Below are positions 30,726 to 39,953 of a DNA stretch of 53,290 nt, piece after piece (position 1 is the first letter of the stretch; each line of letters starts with the position of its first letter). Source of the DNA: a virus (lineage: Duplodnaviria; Caudoviricetes); IMG/VR virus record IMGVR_UViG_3300033143_003883, positions 1 through 53,290 of that record; one strand, written 5' to 3'. The position numbers and the translations under genes are program-made. The notes below the pieces were generated by a model, which was not told the origin of the DNA, ran no database searches, and was given only the letters and a program-made list of their open reading frames with translations.

Positions 30726-31064
30726 AATTACATTAAATACCTTATAAATCAAATATATACATTCTTATATTGTTATATCTTTATATTTGTCTTTTATCCG
30801 TGGTTTCGTGCTTATTTTATTTCTATATGGAACAAATATTTAGATCATCCTGTATATAAATATAGACAAAAAGAACTTGGAAGACAATTAGCAAAAGAGT
30901 GGTTTTATAATGATCCTGCCGATTTATATAATGATTATAAATCTAGAGTGTGGAAAGATAAAAAATTATTAATCAAAATACTTACAATTCCATATTCTAT
31001 TCAACCAACCGAAAATTTAGATGATAATAATATTATAACAGCAAAAAATTTGTGGCGAAATTAA
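30690..31064 (+). CDS. Hypothetical membrane-anchored protein
   Basis: Aromatic/hydrophobic stretch IYTFLYCYIFIFVFYPWF; AAGGA RBS. Confidence 0.6.
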   Translation: MLNIYLTYCKIRNYIKYLINQIYTFLYCYIFIFVFYPWFRAYFISIWNKYLDHPVYKYRQKELGRQLAKEWFYNDPADLYNDYKSRVWKDKKLLIKILTIPYSIQPTENLDDNNIITAKNLWRN

Positions 31065-31091
31065 AAAATAATTTTATATTTATAATTTTTT

Positions 31092-31100
31092 TGATATAAT
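31092..31100 (+). promoter_or_regulatory. Extended -10 promoter element before the helicase
   Basis: TGATATAAT 9 nt upstream of the ATG; no RBS visible (near-leaderless mRNA possible). Confidence 0.5.
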
Positions 31101-31109
31101 ATATACGTA

Positions 31110-33374
31110 ATGATACATAAAATTATTGTAGATCATATATATTCACGAATTGAAGGTGAACTTGACGCAAGTTTATCTCGAAAATTATATAAACTATGTG
31201 CCTTTCATCCTAAAGGATATCAATTTATGCCTTCATATAGACAGATGATATATGAACATGATAAAGAAGGTAACATTATTAGAGAATATAGAGCCTGGGA
31301 CGGATATATATCATTTTTTAGAAAAGATTCACAAGTTTTTCACACCGGATTTTTAAAACATGCCTTAACATTATTCAAAGACGAAAAAATCAAATATAAG
31401 GTTATAGACAATAGAAAATTCCCCTCTGTAAGCTCCAAAATTAGCCTTAGATTGAACGATAATGAAAAAGGGCACATACAACTACGTGATTATCAAATAA
31501 AGGCTTTAAAACGAGCTTTAAAGCAACATAGGGGTATTATAAAAGCAGCGACTGGATGTTTAGCAGGAGATACTGAAATACGATATAATAGAAATAAAGT
31601 AGGAAGAGCAGTAACTATAAAAAGATTTTATGAAGCATTTAATCAAATAAAACGAGGATATGATTTAAGTAAACCAACTTATGTACGTTCATATAATGGA
31701 AAAACTGTTAATTTATATGAAATGCAGAATGTAATTTATAGCGGAATACAAGATGTTTATCAACTTATATTAGAAGATAATCATTCTATTAAAACAACAA
31801 AAAATCATCAATTTTTAACAAATCAAGGCTGGAAAGAATTACAAGATTTAACACAAGATGATTATATATTATGTGATACACTAAAACCACAAAAAAAAGT
31901 TAATAAATATAAAAAAAGAAAAAAGAAACAAGTATGGAATTTATGGTATCATCCTTATGCGATTAAAATAAAAATGAGCCATAAAAAATCAAAACCATAT
32001 ACAAAACGAATAGAATTACATAGAGCCATATATGAAGCGCATATTAATAATATAACACTTGATCAATATAAATATATATTAAGAACTGATGAACAAAAAA
32101 GTAAAACATTAAAATTTATTAATCCTAAATTATATGATATACATCATAAAGATGGCAACCATAATAATAATTTGATTCAAAATTTAATTGCTTTAGATAA
32201 AATTAAACATCAAAGAATTCATTCAAAAACAAATAAATTTAATTTTCATCAAGGTGTAATTAAAAAAGTAAAAATTAGATCAATTCAATATATTGGAAAA
32301 GAAGACACTTATGATATTCAATGTAAATATTTTCCTAATTTTATAGCTAATAATATGATAGTTCATAATTCTGGAAAAACGGAGATAGCTGCAAGTATTA
32401 TAAAAAATCTTGATCAACCAACATTATACTTTGTTCATCAACAAACTTTAGCCTTACAAACAAAAGAAAGATTTGAAGAAAGATTAGGATGTAAAATTGG
32501 ATTAATAGGTATTGGCAAATTTCAGCCAGAAAAAATAAGCATAGCAATGATTGAAACATTTTGGGCGCAAAAACATACTGCTAGAATAAAAAAATTAATG
32601 AAAGAAGCTAAAATATTAATGGTCGACGAATGTCATCATCTCAGAGCACAAACTTGGAGTAAATTAGCTAATAAAATAAAAGCACCTTATAGATATGGAT
32701 TAAGTGCAACACCAAATATAAAAGGAGAGGGTAAAAAATTAATTGCTGTTACTGGAGATTTATTAATAGATATTAGTAGTAATAAATTAATTAAAAAAGG
32801 CTATTTAGCAAAACCATTGATTAAAATATATAAATTTAAATGTGATGAAATTGATGGGGATTATCAAACAGTGCGTCAAGAAGGAATAGTTTATAATTAT
32901 ACAAGAAATGAAGGATTAATAAATGCTCTTGATAGATATATTAAGAAAAAAAAGAGTATATTAATATTAATTACCGAAATAGAACATGGACAAATCTTAT
33001 CCGATATGATTATAGAAAAATATGAAGATATTAAAATTGAATACTTGTATGGTAAAGATTCTGCTAATAAAAGAAAAAAAATTATAGAAAAATTTAAAAA
33101 AAAGGAAATAGATATATTAATAGGCTCAGTAATTTTTGATGAAGGAGTGGATATACCATCATTAGAAATTTTAGAATTAGCAAATGGATATAAATCTCGA
33201 AGAATGAATACACAAAGAGTTGGGAGAAGTTTAAGACGCACAAAAGATAAAGACAAAGTTATCATAATTGATGTTTATGACGATCATAATAAATATTTAT
33301 TAAAACATTCTAAAGAAAGAATTAAAAATTATAAGAAAAATAAATTTAAAATAAAAATGATTAAAAGGAAATAA
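31110..33374 (+). CDS. SF2 DNA helicase (UvsW-like) with intein
   Basis: LRDYQ Q-motif, split Walker A AATG|SGKT, DECH, SATP, EGVDIP and QRVGRSLR. Confidence 0.9.
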   Translation: MIHKIIVDHIYSRIEGELDASLSRKLYKLCAFHPKGYQFMPSYRQMIYEHDKEGNIIREYRAWDGYISFFRKDSQVFHTGFLKHALTLFKDEKIKYKVIDNRKFPSVSSKISLRLNDNEKGHIQLRDYQIKALKRALKQHRGIIKAATGCLAGDTEIRYNRNKVGRAVTIKRFYEAFNQIKRGYDLSKPTYVRSYNGKTVNLYEMQNVIYSGIQDVYQLILEDNHSIKTTKNHQFLTNQGWKELQDLTQDDYILCDTLKPQKKVNKYKKRKKKQVWNLWYHPYAIKIKMSHKKSKPYTKRIELHRAIYEAHINNITLDQYKYILRTDEQKSKTLKFINPKLYDIHHKDGNHNNNLIQNLIALDKIKHQRIHSKTNKFNFHQGVIKKVKIRSIQYIGKEDTYDIQCKYFPNFIANNMIVHNSGKTEIAASIIKNLDQPTLYFVHQQTLALQTKERFEERLGCKIGLIGIGKFQPEKISIAMIETFWAQKHTARIKKLMKEAKILMVDECHHLRAQTWSKLANKIKAPYRYGLSATPNIKGEGKKLIAVTGDLLIDISSNKLIKKGYLAKPLIKIYKFKCDEIDGDYQTVRQEGIVYNYTRNEGLINALDRYIKKKKSILILITEIEHGQILSDMIIEKYEDIKIEYLYGKDSANKRKKIIEKFKKKEIDILIGSVIFDEGVDIPSLEILELANGYKSRRMNTQRVGRSLRRTKDKDKVIIIDVYDDHNKYLLKHSKERIKNYKKNKFKIKMIKRK
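31557..32369 (+). mobile_element. Intein (271 aa) with HNH endonuclease, in the helicase Walker A motif
   Basis: Starts CLAGDT; block B TTKNHQFLT; HHKDGNHNNN...NL...H HNH motif; ends TYDI...NFIANNMIVHN followed by Ser. Confidence 0.92.
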
Positions 33375-33378
33375 TATT

Positions 33379-33801
33379 ATGTCAATATCATTATTAAAAG
33401 ATTTTATAAATGAAAAATATAATATTGAATCAGATCTATTATCACAAGAAGAATTAAATAATATTTTAAAACAAGAATGTAAATCATTAAAAAATCCTTT
33501 TGGTACAATAGAGGGAGAATATATAAAAGTTGTATCAAAAGTATCACAAGATGATGCTAATGGAATTAAAGCTTATGATAAATTAAAAAGAAAATTATTA
33601 GAAGATATACCAATAGAATTATTTGAAAGTTTTCATATATATACACCAGAAGAAATAGTTGATTCATTTATTAAACAATTTATTGAAAAAAAACAATATG
33701 GTAATTATGCTCAATGTCTTAATAAATATTGTTATGTCTTAATCTCCATTATTGGATCATGGCAAGTTTCAAAAACAAATGATATATTTAAAAAAGCATA
33801 A
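33379..33801 (+). CDS. Hypothetical protein
   Basis: Open ORF, tightly packed in the operon. Confidence 0.65.
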   Translation: MSISLLKDFINEKYNIESDLLSQEELNNILKQECKSLKNPFGTIEGEYIKVVSKVSQDDANGIKAYDKLKRKLLEDIPIELFESFHIYTPEEIVDSFIKQFIEKKQYGNYAQCLNKYCYVLISIIGSWQVSKTNDIFKKA

Positions 33802-33804
33802 ATT

Positions 33805-35070
33805 ATGAAACGAAAAAACAAAAGAATTAAAAAAATTAAAGTAAAACAAACATCAGATGAATATATAAAATATCCACATTGTTTAAATAGTCATCCTTTG
33901 GATAAAGATTGTTCATGTGATTTTAATGGTGCTTGTAGAGGCAACACTATACAAGAAGAAATTGAATTTGGAAATAAAAAAATTCAAAAAAAAGATGATA
34001 ATTGTTTTGGAAATTATATAAAATCAGAACTACAATATCAAAAAATTAATTGTAAAAAATGCAAAGAAAAAGAAAGCTGTATATCACAATCTGTATTAAA
34101 TGAAAACTTTAAAAGTCAAGAACGTAAAAAAAATTTTTTTTGTGGAAAAAATGTATTTATCGAAAATAATATTGCCAGAATTCCATGGGTGGATAGTAAT
34201 ATAATTAGATTTAGTCAAAACAAAGTATTAAATAAATTACTTTATACATGTATTCATATAGAAGATCAAATAAAAATAAAAGTATATGAACTTATTGAAA
34301 ATACTTTATATATACAAAAAATACCAAATTGTAGATTACCATTGACAAAAGATATTTTATTGCTTTCTTATATATTTGAAGAAATGTATAAAAATAATAA
34401 TAATACTTTTTCAATTAATGAATTAGCTTCTATTTATCAAAATAAAAAAAAATTAGCAGGTAAATCTTATAAAACAATTAAAAAAACATTAAAATGGGCA
34501 TGTAAAACAAAATTTATTGCTAAAAAATCTTTTTTTATAAATAATAAACCAAGCAATAATACAAATAATAAACCAAGCAATAATACAAATAATAAACAAT
34601 TAATATGTTTCAGCTTATTAAATAAATTCAAAATATATAAATATTTATCTAAAACAATTATTAAAATATATCCAAATAAAGACTGGATAAATAGCATAAT
34701 ATTAGAAAATATTAAAAATACAGCTAATGGAAATTATATACCAGTATCATATTTTAAAAATAATATAAAAAGTAATTTTGCTTATACTGTAAAATTTATT
34801 AATTCTTATTATTGGGGGCTTGAAAATTTAAAAAAAAGAATATTTCCATTAAAATATGTAGAATTAAAAAAATTAAATAAAATAAAAAATGATATTACTT
34901 TATCAATATCAGCAAAAAATAAAATCGTAAAAAAAATTTATAAACGGCAAGATCAAATGAACAAAAAAATTTTATATTTAATTAATCAATATGAAAATAT
35001 TTATTACGAATTAGATAAAGAATCATTAATTAAAAATAATTTTCATATGACAAAATTATTAATTAAATGA
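33805..35070 (+). CDS. Putative replication initiator (Rep-like winged helix) with Cys-rich N-terminal repeats
   Basis: FSINELA...G..Y..IKK.L resembles plasmid Rep wHTH; two C-x-C clusters; NNKPSNNT tandem duplication; lies directly upstream of iteron-like repeats. Confidence 0.5.
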   Translation: MKRKNKRIKKIKVKQTSDEYIKYPHCLNSHPLDKDCSCDFNGACRGNTIQEEIEFGNKKIQKKDDNCFGNYIKSELQYQKINCKKCKEKESCISQSVLNENFKSQERKKNFFCGKNVFIENNIARIPWVDSNIIRFSQNKVLNKLLYTCIHIEDQIKIKVYELIENTLYIQKIPNCRLPLTKDILLLSYIFEEMYKNNNNTFSINELASIYQNKKKLAGKSYKTIKKTLKWACKTKFIAKKSFFINNKPSNNTNNKPSNNTNNKQLICFSLLNKFKIYKYLSKTIIKIYPNKDWINSIILENIKNTANGNYIPVSYFKNNIKSNFAYTVKFINSYYWGLENLKKRIFPLKYVELKKLNKIKNDITLSISAKNKIVKKIYKRQDQMNKKILYLINQYENIYYELDKESLIKNNFHMTKLLIK

Positions 35071-35110
35071 AAATTTATAACTTTTATTATAAAATATATT
35101 AATAATTTTT

Positions 35111-35218
35111 GCGTACCACTAGGCGTGATTTGGCGTACCACAAGGAGTAGTTGCGTACCACTAGGCGTGATTTGGCGTACCGCTAGGAGTGATTTGGCGT
35201 ACCGCTAGGAGTGATCTG
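35111..35218 (+). repeat. Five tandem iteron-like repeats (22, 20, 22, 22, 22 bp); putative replication origin
   Basis: Consensus GCGTACCRCTAGGMGTGATTTG at 35111, 35133, 35153, 35175 and 35197; GC-rich island in AT-rich non-coding DNA. Confidence 0.85.
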
Positions 35219-35279
35219 TCTTGTAGCTTCTTGAATATAAAAGACTTATTTTTCTAAAGGATTTAAAGGATTTAAATAC

Positions 35280-35377
35280 ATTAAATAGAAATAATTTCTA
35301 TATTTAATATCTCAACTCTCTCAGCAAAAAAAATTTTGCTTCGAGAGTTTCTTCCTCAAAAAAAACTTGAGGAAGAA
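35280..35377. other. AT-rich region with three inverted repeats next to the iterons
   Basis: TAGAAAT/ATTTCTA; CTCTC..AGCAAAA/TTTTGCT..GAGAG; TTCTTCCTCAA/TTGAGGAAGAA. Preceded by TAAAGGATT x2. Confidence 0.6.
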
Positions 35378-35432
35378 AATTAAGTTTGAATTTTAACATT
35401 TGTAAGATTTTCATTAAAGTAAAAATAAATTT

Positions 35433-35978
35433 ATGAAATCAGAAAACATGAAACCAAAACCAGAATTTAGAAAAATAGAAAAGAAATATAGACAACAAAG
35501 ACTTTTTTTTACTTCTACTGAAAATCAAGCTTTTCTTTTAGGTTTAAGATATAATAGATATAGAATTACTTCTTCTCATCATCGAGATTATACAGTTTTT
35601 AAACATGAAATTTTAAAAGATGATCCTAATTTTAAAAGTTTAGTTTCTGTTGTCAAAAAATTAAATCAGAATCATATTTATATTACCTATAAACATTGTT
35701 TTTGGGAAAGTTATTTACAATTTTGTTTTCAATATGCTCAAAAATATTTTTCAGGTAAAACTAAATATCCACCAATATTAATACTTAAATCTGATAAATT
35801 ATTAAAAGCATTTGAGAAATATCGTGCTAAATTTGCAGTCGACGACCTTGAAGAAGTTGATTTAAAAAATGATAAAGAATTTGAAGAATTTAATAAAAAA
35901 TATTATGATAATTTAAGAAAGAATTTATCTAGTGCTGGTTTTTCTAAAGAAGAAATAAAACAAATGTTAAATGACTAA
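35433..35978 (+). CDS. Hypothetical protein between origin and helicase (possible loader)
   Basis: ORF; function inferred from position only. Confidence 0.6.
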   Translation: MKSENMKPKPEFRKIEKKYRQQRLFFTSTENQAFLLGLRYNRYRITSSHHRDYTVFKHEILKDDPNFKSLVSVVKKLNQNHIYITYKHCFWESYLQFCFQYAQKYFSGKTKYPPILILKSDKLLKAFEKYRAKFAVDDLEEVDLKNDKEFEEFNKKYYDNLRKNLSSAGFSKEEIKQMLND

Positions 35979-36000
35979 AAAGGCAAAAAATAAAAAATAA

Positions 36001-36030
36001 TTGACAAATAAATTATTTTTCTGATATAAT
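36001..36030 (+). promoter_or_regulatory. Sigma70-type promoter
   Basis: TTGACA-18 nt-TATAAT with extended -10 TG. Confidence 0.75.
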
Positions 36031-36049
36031 ACTTATCAAGAGGATTTAA

Positions 36050-37348
36050 ATGGATAAATTAAAATGTGATTTTAATCGTGATTTTCAAGAAGGAATTCTG
36101 CATTTTTTTCTAATAGATAAAAAGTTTGCTGATTTTTTTGTTTATAAATTAACTCCAGATTATTTTAGCGCAGACCTTGCATCATTATCTTTTAGATTTA
36201 TTAAAAAATTTTATGATATTTATCATAAAATAGAATATAAAAATATTCTAAATGAAGTTGGTATTGATAAAAGATTATCTAATGATAAAAAGAAAGAATT
36301 AAAAAAATATTTAAAAAAGACGTATAAAAAAAGTACTAATTATAAATATATATTAGATAATACTACTCAATTTATTAAATCTCGTGTCTATTTTGAAACT
36401 TTAGATGAATGTTATGAATCAGTAGAAGATGGAAATTTTGTTAATGTAATAAATAAAATTAATAATTTAAGTCGAATGGAATTTCAAATAGATGAAGGCT
36501 TGGAAACTTCTGCTAAAACATATAAGAATACTTTATTAGAAATTAATGATAGAGAAAGAAATAATGTTAATTATTTATCAACTGGTATTACTCCTTTAGA
36601 TCATTATATAAAAGGTTTACGTAATGGTGAACTTGGAGTAATAGCAGCACCACCGTCAGGTGGTAAATCATTTTTCTTACTTCATATTGCTAAATATGCT
36701 TTATATTTTAATTTAAATGTTTTATATTACACATTAGAGCAAAATCAAGATTTGATAACTAGAAGAATAATGATGAGTATAAGCAATATGACTTCTAAAG
36801 ATACTATTGAAAAAGAAAAATTAGCATTAAAAAACTTAAAGAGATTAAAAAAAAATGGAGGAAGATTTATAGTAAAACATTTTCCAAAGAAAAAAACTGT
36901 AGCTGATTTAAGACTTTATACAAATTATTTAATAAATAAAGGTTTCGTGCCAGATGTTGTATTAGTAGATTATGCTGATTATTTAAAAAGTGTTGAACGT
37001 ATTAAAGAGAAGAGACATGAACTGACAGATATATTTTATGATTTATATTCTTATGCTGAAGATTATGATGTTCCTTTATGGACTGCATCAGGAACTACCA
37101 AAGAAGCTTCAAAAAAACAAGTAGTAGCAATGGAAGATATGAAAGAAACATATGAAAAAGCTTATATCGCTGATATAGTTTTAGGTATATGTCAGACAGT
37201 AGATGAATGTAAAGAAGATAATGATGGCTATACTAGGGCAAGAATATATATTGCAAAAAATAGGAATAGAGGTAATAAAGGAAAAATAATAGAGATAGTA
37301 CAAGATGAAAAAAGAATGCAATTTTATAAGCCAAATGTGAAATATTAA
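36050..37348 (+). CDS. dnaB: DnaB-like replicative helicase
   Basis: STG...LD...GL..GEL, Walker A APPSGGKS, YYTLE, VDYAD and AKNR. Confidence 0.9.
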   Translation: MDKLKCDFNRDFQEGILHFFLIDKKFADFFVYKLTPDYFSADLASLSFRFIKKFYDIYHKIEYKNILNEVGIDKRLSNDKKKELKKYLKKTYKKSTNYKYILDNTTQFIKSRVYFETLDECYESVEDGNFVNVINKINNLSRMEFQIDEGLETSAKTYKNTLLEINDRERNNVNYLSTGITPLDHYIKGLRNGELGVIAAPPSGGKSFFLLHIAKYALYFNLNVLYYTLEQNQDLITRRIMMSISNMTSKDTIEKEKLALKNLKRLKKNGGRFIVKHFPKKKTVADLRLYTNYLINKGFVPDVVLVDYADYLKSVERIKEKRHELTDIFYDLYSYAEDYDVPLWTASGTTKEASKKQVVAMEDMKETYEKAYIADIVLGICQTVDECKEDNDGYTRARIYIAKNRNRGNKGKIIEIVQDEKRMQFYKPNVKY

Positions 37349-37366
37349 GAAAAGGAACAATAAATT

Positions 37367-38050
37367 ATGTCAGAACATTTAAATATCGGCAAAAGAATGA
37401 AAACATATGAAAGATGTGCAGAATTTATCTTGCCAAAAAGAATACCTGTTATCGTTAGAATTGATGGTCGAGCATTTCACACAATAACAAGAAAAAGATT
37501 TGGAAAAAATTGGAATATTGAATTTGTAGAACAAATGATAGAAGTAGCAAAAACAGTAGCTAAAGATATGTCTTGTAAATTTTGTTATTCACAATCTGAT
37601 GAAATTAGTTTTCTTTTAACAGATTATCGAACCATACATTCTCAAGGATTTTTTAATTATGATATTAGAAAGATAATATCAATATCTGCTTCTCTTGCTT
37701 CTTCAGTGTTTACCAGATTACATGGACGTAATGTTTGCTTTGATAGTAGATGTTTTTCGCTTCCTCAAGATGAAGTCTGTAATTATTTTCTTTGGAGACA
37801 ATTAGATGCAACTAGAAATGCAATTCAAATGGCAGGAAGAGAATATTTTTCTCATAAGCAATTGCATAAGAAAACTTGTAATGATATACAAGAAATATTA
37901 TTTCAAGAATATGGAATTAATTTTAATGATTATCCTGTTATTCGTAAAAGAGGATTTTGTATAGTTAATGGAGAATTAGATAAAGAAATACCTTTATTTA
38001 ATAAAGATAGAGAATATATTAAAAAGCATGTTTATATAAGAGAAGATTAA
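37367..38050 (+). CDS. thg1: tRNA-His guanylyltransferase Thg1-like protein
   Basis: RMK.YE, VRIDGRAFH, QSDEIS, FDSR and YF.WRQ.DA.RN motifs. Confidence 0.92.
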   Translation: MSEHLNIGKRMKTYERCAEFILPKRIPVIVRIDGRAFHTITRKRFGKNWNIEFVEQMIEVAKTVAKDMSCKFCYSQSDEISFLLTDYRTIHSQGFFNYDIRKIISISASLASSVFTRLHGRNVCFDSRCFSLPQDEVCNYFLWRQLDATRNAIQMAGREYFSHKQLHKKTCNDIQEILFQEYGINFNDYPVIRKRGFCIVNGELDKEIPLFNKDREYIKKHVYIRED

Positions 38051-38051
38051 T

Positions 38052-39008
38052 ATGAAAAATAAATTAAAAAAGATTATAGATAAATTTGATATTATTAATT
38101 ATTTAAGTTCTAAATTTGATACTAAGCCTGGCAAACATGATCAAATAAGAGTATTATGCCCGCTATGTGCTGAAATTATTGGAGAACCTGATACAAATTA
38201 TCATCTTGAATTTAATATTAGTACAAAAGTATGGCATTGCTTTAGATGTAATTCTTCTGGAACTCTTTTTGATTTTATAAAATTATCAGAAAAAGTTTCT
38301 TTTGTAGAAGCTGTTAATATAGTTAAATATAGTGAAAATTATCACTTATCAAAAGAAGATGCTAAAAATAAAGTTATAGAAAAACTTGAGAAAAAAATTA
38401 AATTTATAGGATTACCAAAAGTATATATGCCGATAAATTATGATAAAAATCTTCCCAATATGGTAAAAAAATATTTACAAAAAAGAAAATTAGATATTGA
38501 TACATGCATAGAATATAAAATAGGTTATTGCCAATATGGTGATTATATGCATAGATTAATAGTGCCAATTATATTTAATAATAAAATTGCAACTTTTATA
38601 GCAAGAGCAATGATAAAGTCAAAGAAAAAGAAGTTATATCCTGTAGGTTCAACTACTGGTAAAATTTTATTTAATTGGGATGTTGCAAAACAAAAAAAAG
38701 ATTTAGTTATTTGTGAAGGAGTTTTTGACGCTATTAGAATTGGAGAAAGTGCTGTGGCATTGCTTGGATCTTCGATGTCTGAAGATCAATTAAAATTAAT
38801 AAGAAATGAACAATTTAATAATGTTTATGTTTGTTTAGATAAAGATGCTATTAAAAAAACAAAATCAATATTTTCTAAATTAGCAAGTTATTTTGATACT
38901 TATATAGTACGTATGCCTACTATTAAAAAAGATCCTGCTGATTACACAAGACAACAAATTTGGGATATAATTTATACAAGATCAAAAAATTTTTTTAGTA
39001 ATCATTAA
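38052..39008 (+). CDS. dnaG: DNA primase (Zn-binding domain plus TOPRIM)
   Basis: CPLC...HCFRC; ICEGVFD; LDKD; KDP. Confidence 0.88.
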   Translation: MKNKLKKIIDKFDIINYLSSKFDTKPGKHDQIRVLCPLCAEIIGEPDTNYHLEFNISTKVWHCFRCNSSGTLFDFIKLSEKVSFVEAVNIVKYSENYHLSKEDAKNKVIEKLEKKIKFIGLPKVYMPINYDKNLPNMVKKYLQKRKLDIDTCIEYKIGYCQYGDYMHRLIVPIIFNNKIATFIARAMIKSKKKKLYPVGSTTGKILFNWDVAKQKKDLVICEGVFDAIRIGESAVALLGSSMSEDQLKLIRNEQFNNVYVCLDKDAIKKTKSIFSKLASYFDTYIVRMPTIKKDPADYTRQQIWDIIYTRSKNFFSNH

Positions 39009-39033
39009 CATTTCTTAAATTTTATCGTATAAT
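39005..39033 (+). promoter_or_regulatory. Sigma70-type promoter
   Basis: TTAACA-17 nt-TATAAT. Confidence 0.7.
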
Positions 39034-39056
39034 ATAATAAGGAGAAATAATTTTAA

Positions 39057-39953
39057 ATGTTAAAAAAGAAGAAAGCAATGCTTGAAGAAAAAGTTGATGT
39101 GAAAAAGAAGAGAAAGAAGAAAAAAAATAAGAAAGAAAAGATTGAGCCATTAGTTTCTAAGACTAAGAAAAAACGAAAAAAGAGAAAAAAGAAATCATTA
39201 ACATCTAAACAAATATCTAAATTAAAGAGAAAAGAACTTAGAGAAAAAACAAAAAAACTTAAGATATTAAAAAAATATTTTGAACAGCATAGAAAAGTAT
39301 TAAATAAATTAGATTATACAATTTGGTGCAATAAATGTTCATTTCGTCTTATAATGGGCGTTTGTTTATATAGAAAATTAAATATATCAGATATTATTAA
39401 TTATAGATATTGTAATAAATGTACCGTATATATTAGTAATTATATAAAAGTTTTAGACTTTATAGATAAAAATGAAAAATCATTTATGGATTTATGTATT
39501 AATAATAAAGTTGAATTAACAGATATTAATATATATGTCGAAAGATGGCATAATAGTTATGAAGGAATTCAATCTTTATCATCTTATTTGGGCATGACTT
39601 GGAAAGAATATGATGTGTGGATTAAGAAACCAAAATTATTAGAATTCATTATTAATTTAAGAAAAGAAGGTAAATCAGATCAAATATTAAGTATATTGAG
39701 AAAAGAGAAAGAACAACGAAAGCAAAAGAGATTGATGAAAAAGAAAAAAAAGAAGAAAACTAAGAAAAAAGTTATATTAGAAGAAAAAGTTGATGTGAAG
39801 AAAAAAAAGAAGAAAACTAAGAAAAAGAAAAAAAAGAAGAAAACTAAGAAAAAAGTTATATTAGAAGAAAAAGTTGATGTGAAGAAAAAAAAGAAGAAAA
39901 CTAAGAAAAAGAAAAAAAGAAGAAGAAAAAATGATAAAAGTTGTTCATTGTAA
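39057..39953 (+). CDS. Extremely Lys-rich protein with central Cys cluster
   Basis: Poly-Lys N- and C-terminal arms; LEEKVDVKKK three times; 84-nt tandem repeat; CNKC twice. Confidence 0.7.
   Translation: MLKKKKAMLEEKVDVKKKRKKKKNKKEKIEPLVSKTKKKRKKRKKKSLTSKQISKLKRKELREKTKKLKILKKYFEQHRKVLNKLDYTIWCNKCSFRLIMGVCLYRKLNISDIINYRYCNKCTVYISNYIKVLDFIDKNEKSFMDLCINNKVELTDINIYVERWHNSYEGIQSLSSYLGMTWKEYDVWIKKPKLLEFIINLRKEGKSDQILSILRKEKEQRKQKRLMKKKKKKKTKKKVILEEKVDVKKKKKKTKKKKKKKKTKKKVILEEKVDVKKKKKKTKKKKKRRRKNDKSCSL

Noticed and set aside
35111-35218. Mini CRISPR array
   Set aside because: The repeats are head-to-tail with no unique spacers and no cas genes nearby; an iteron interpretation fits better.
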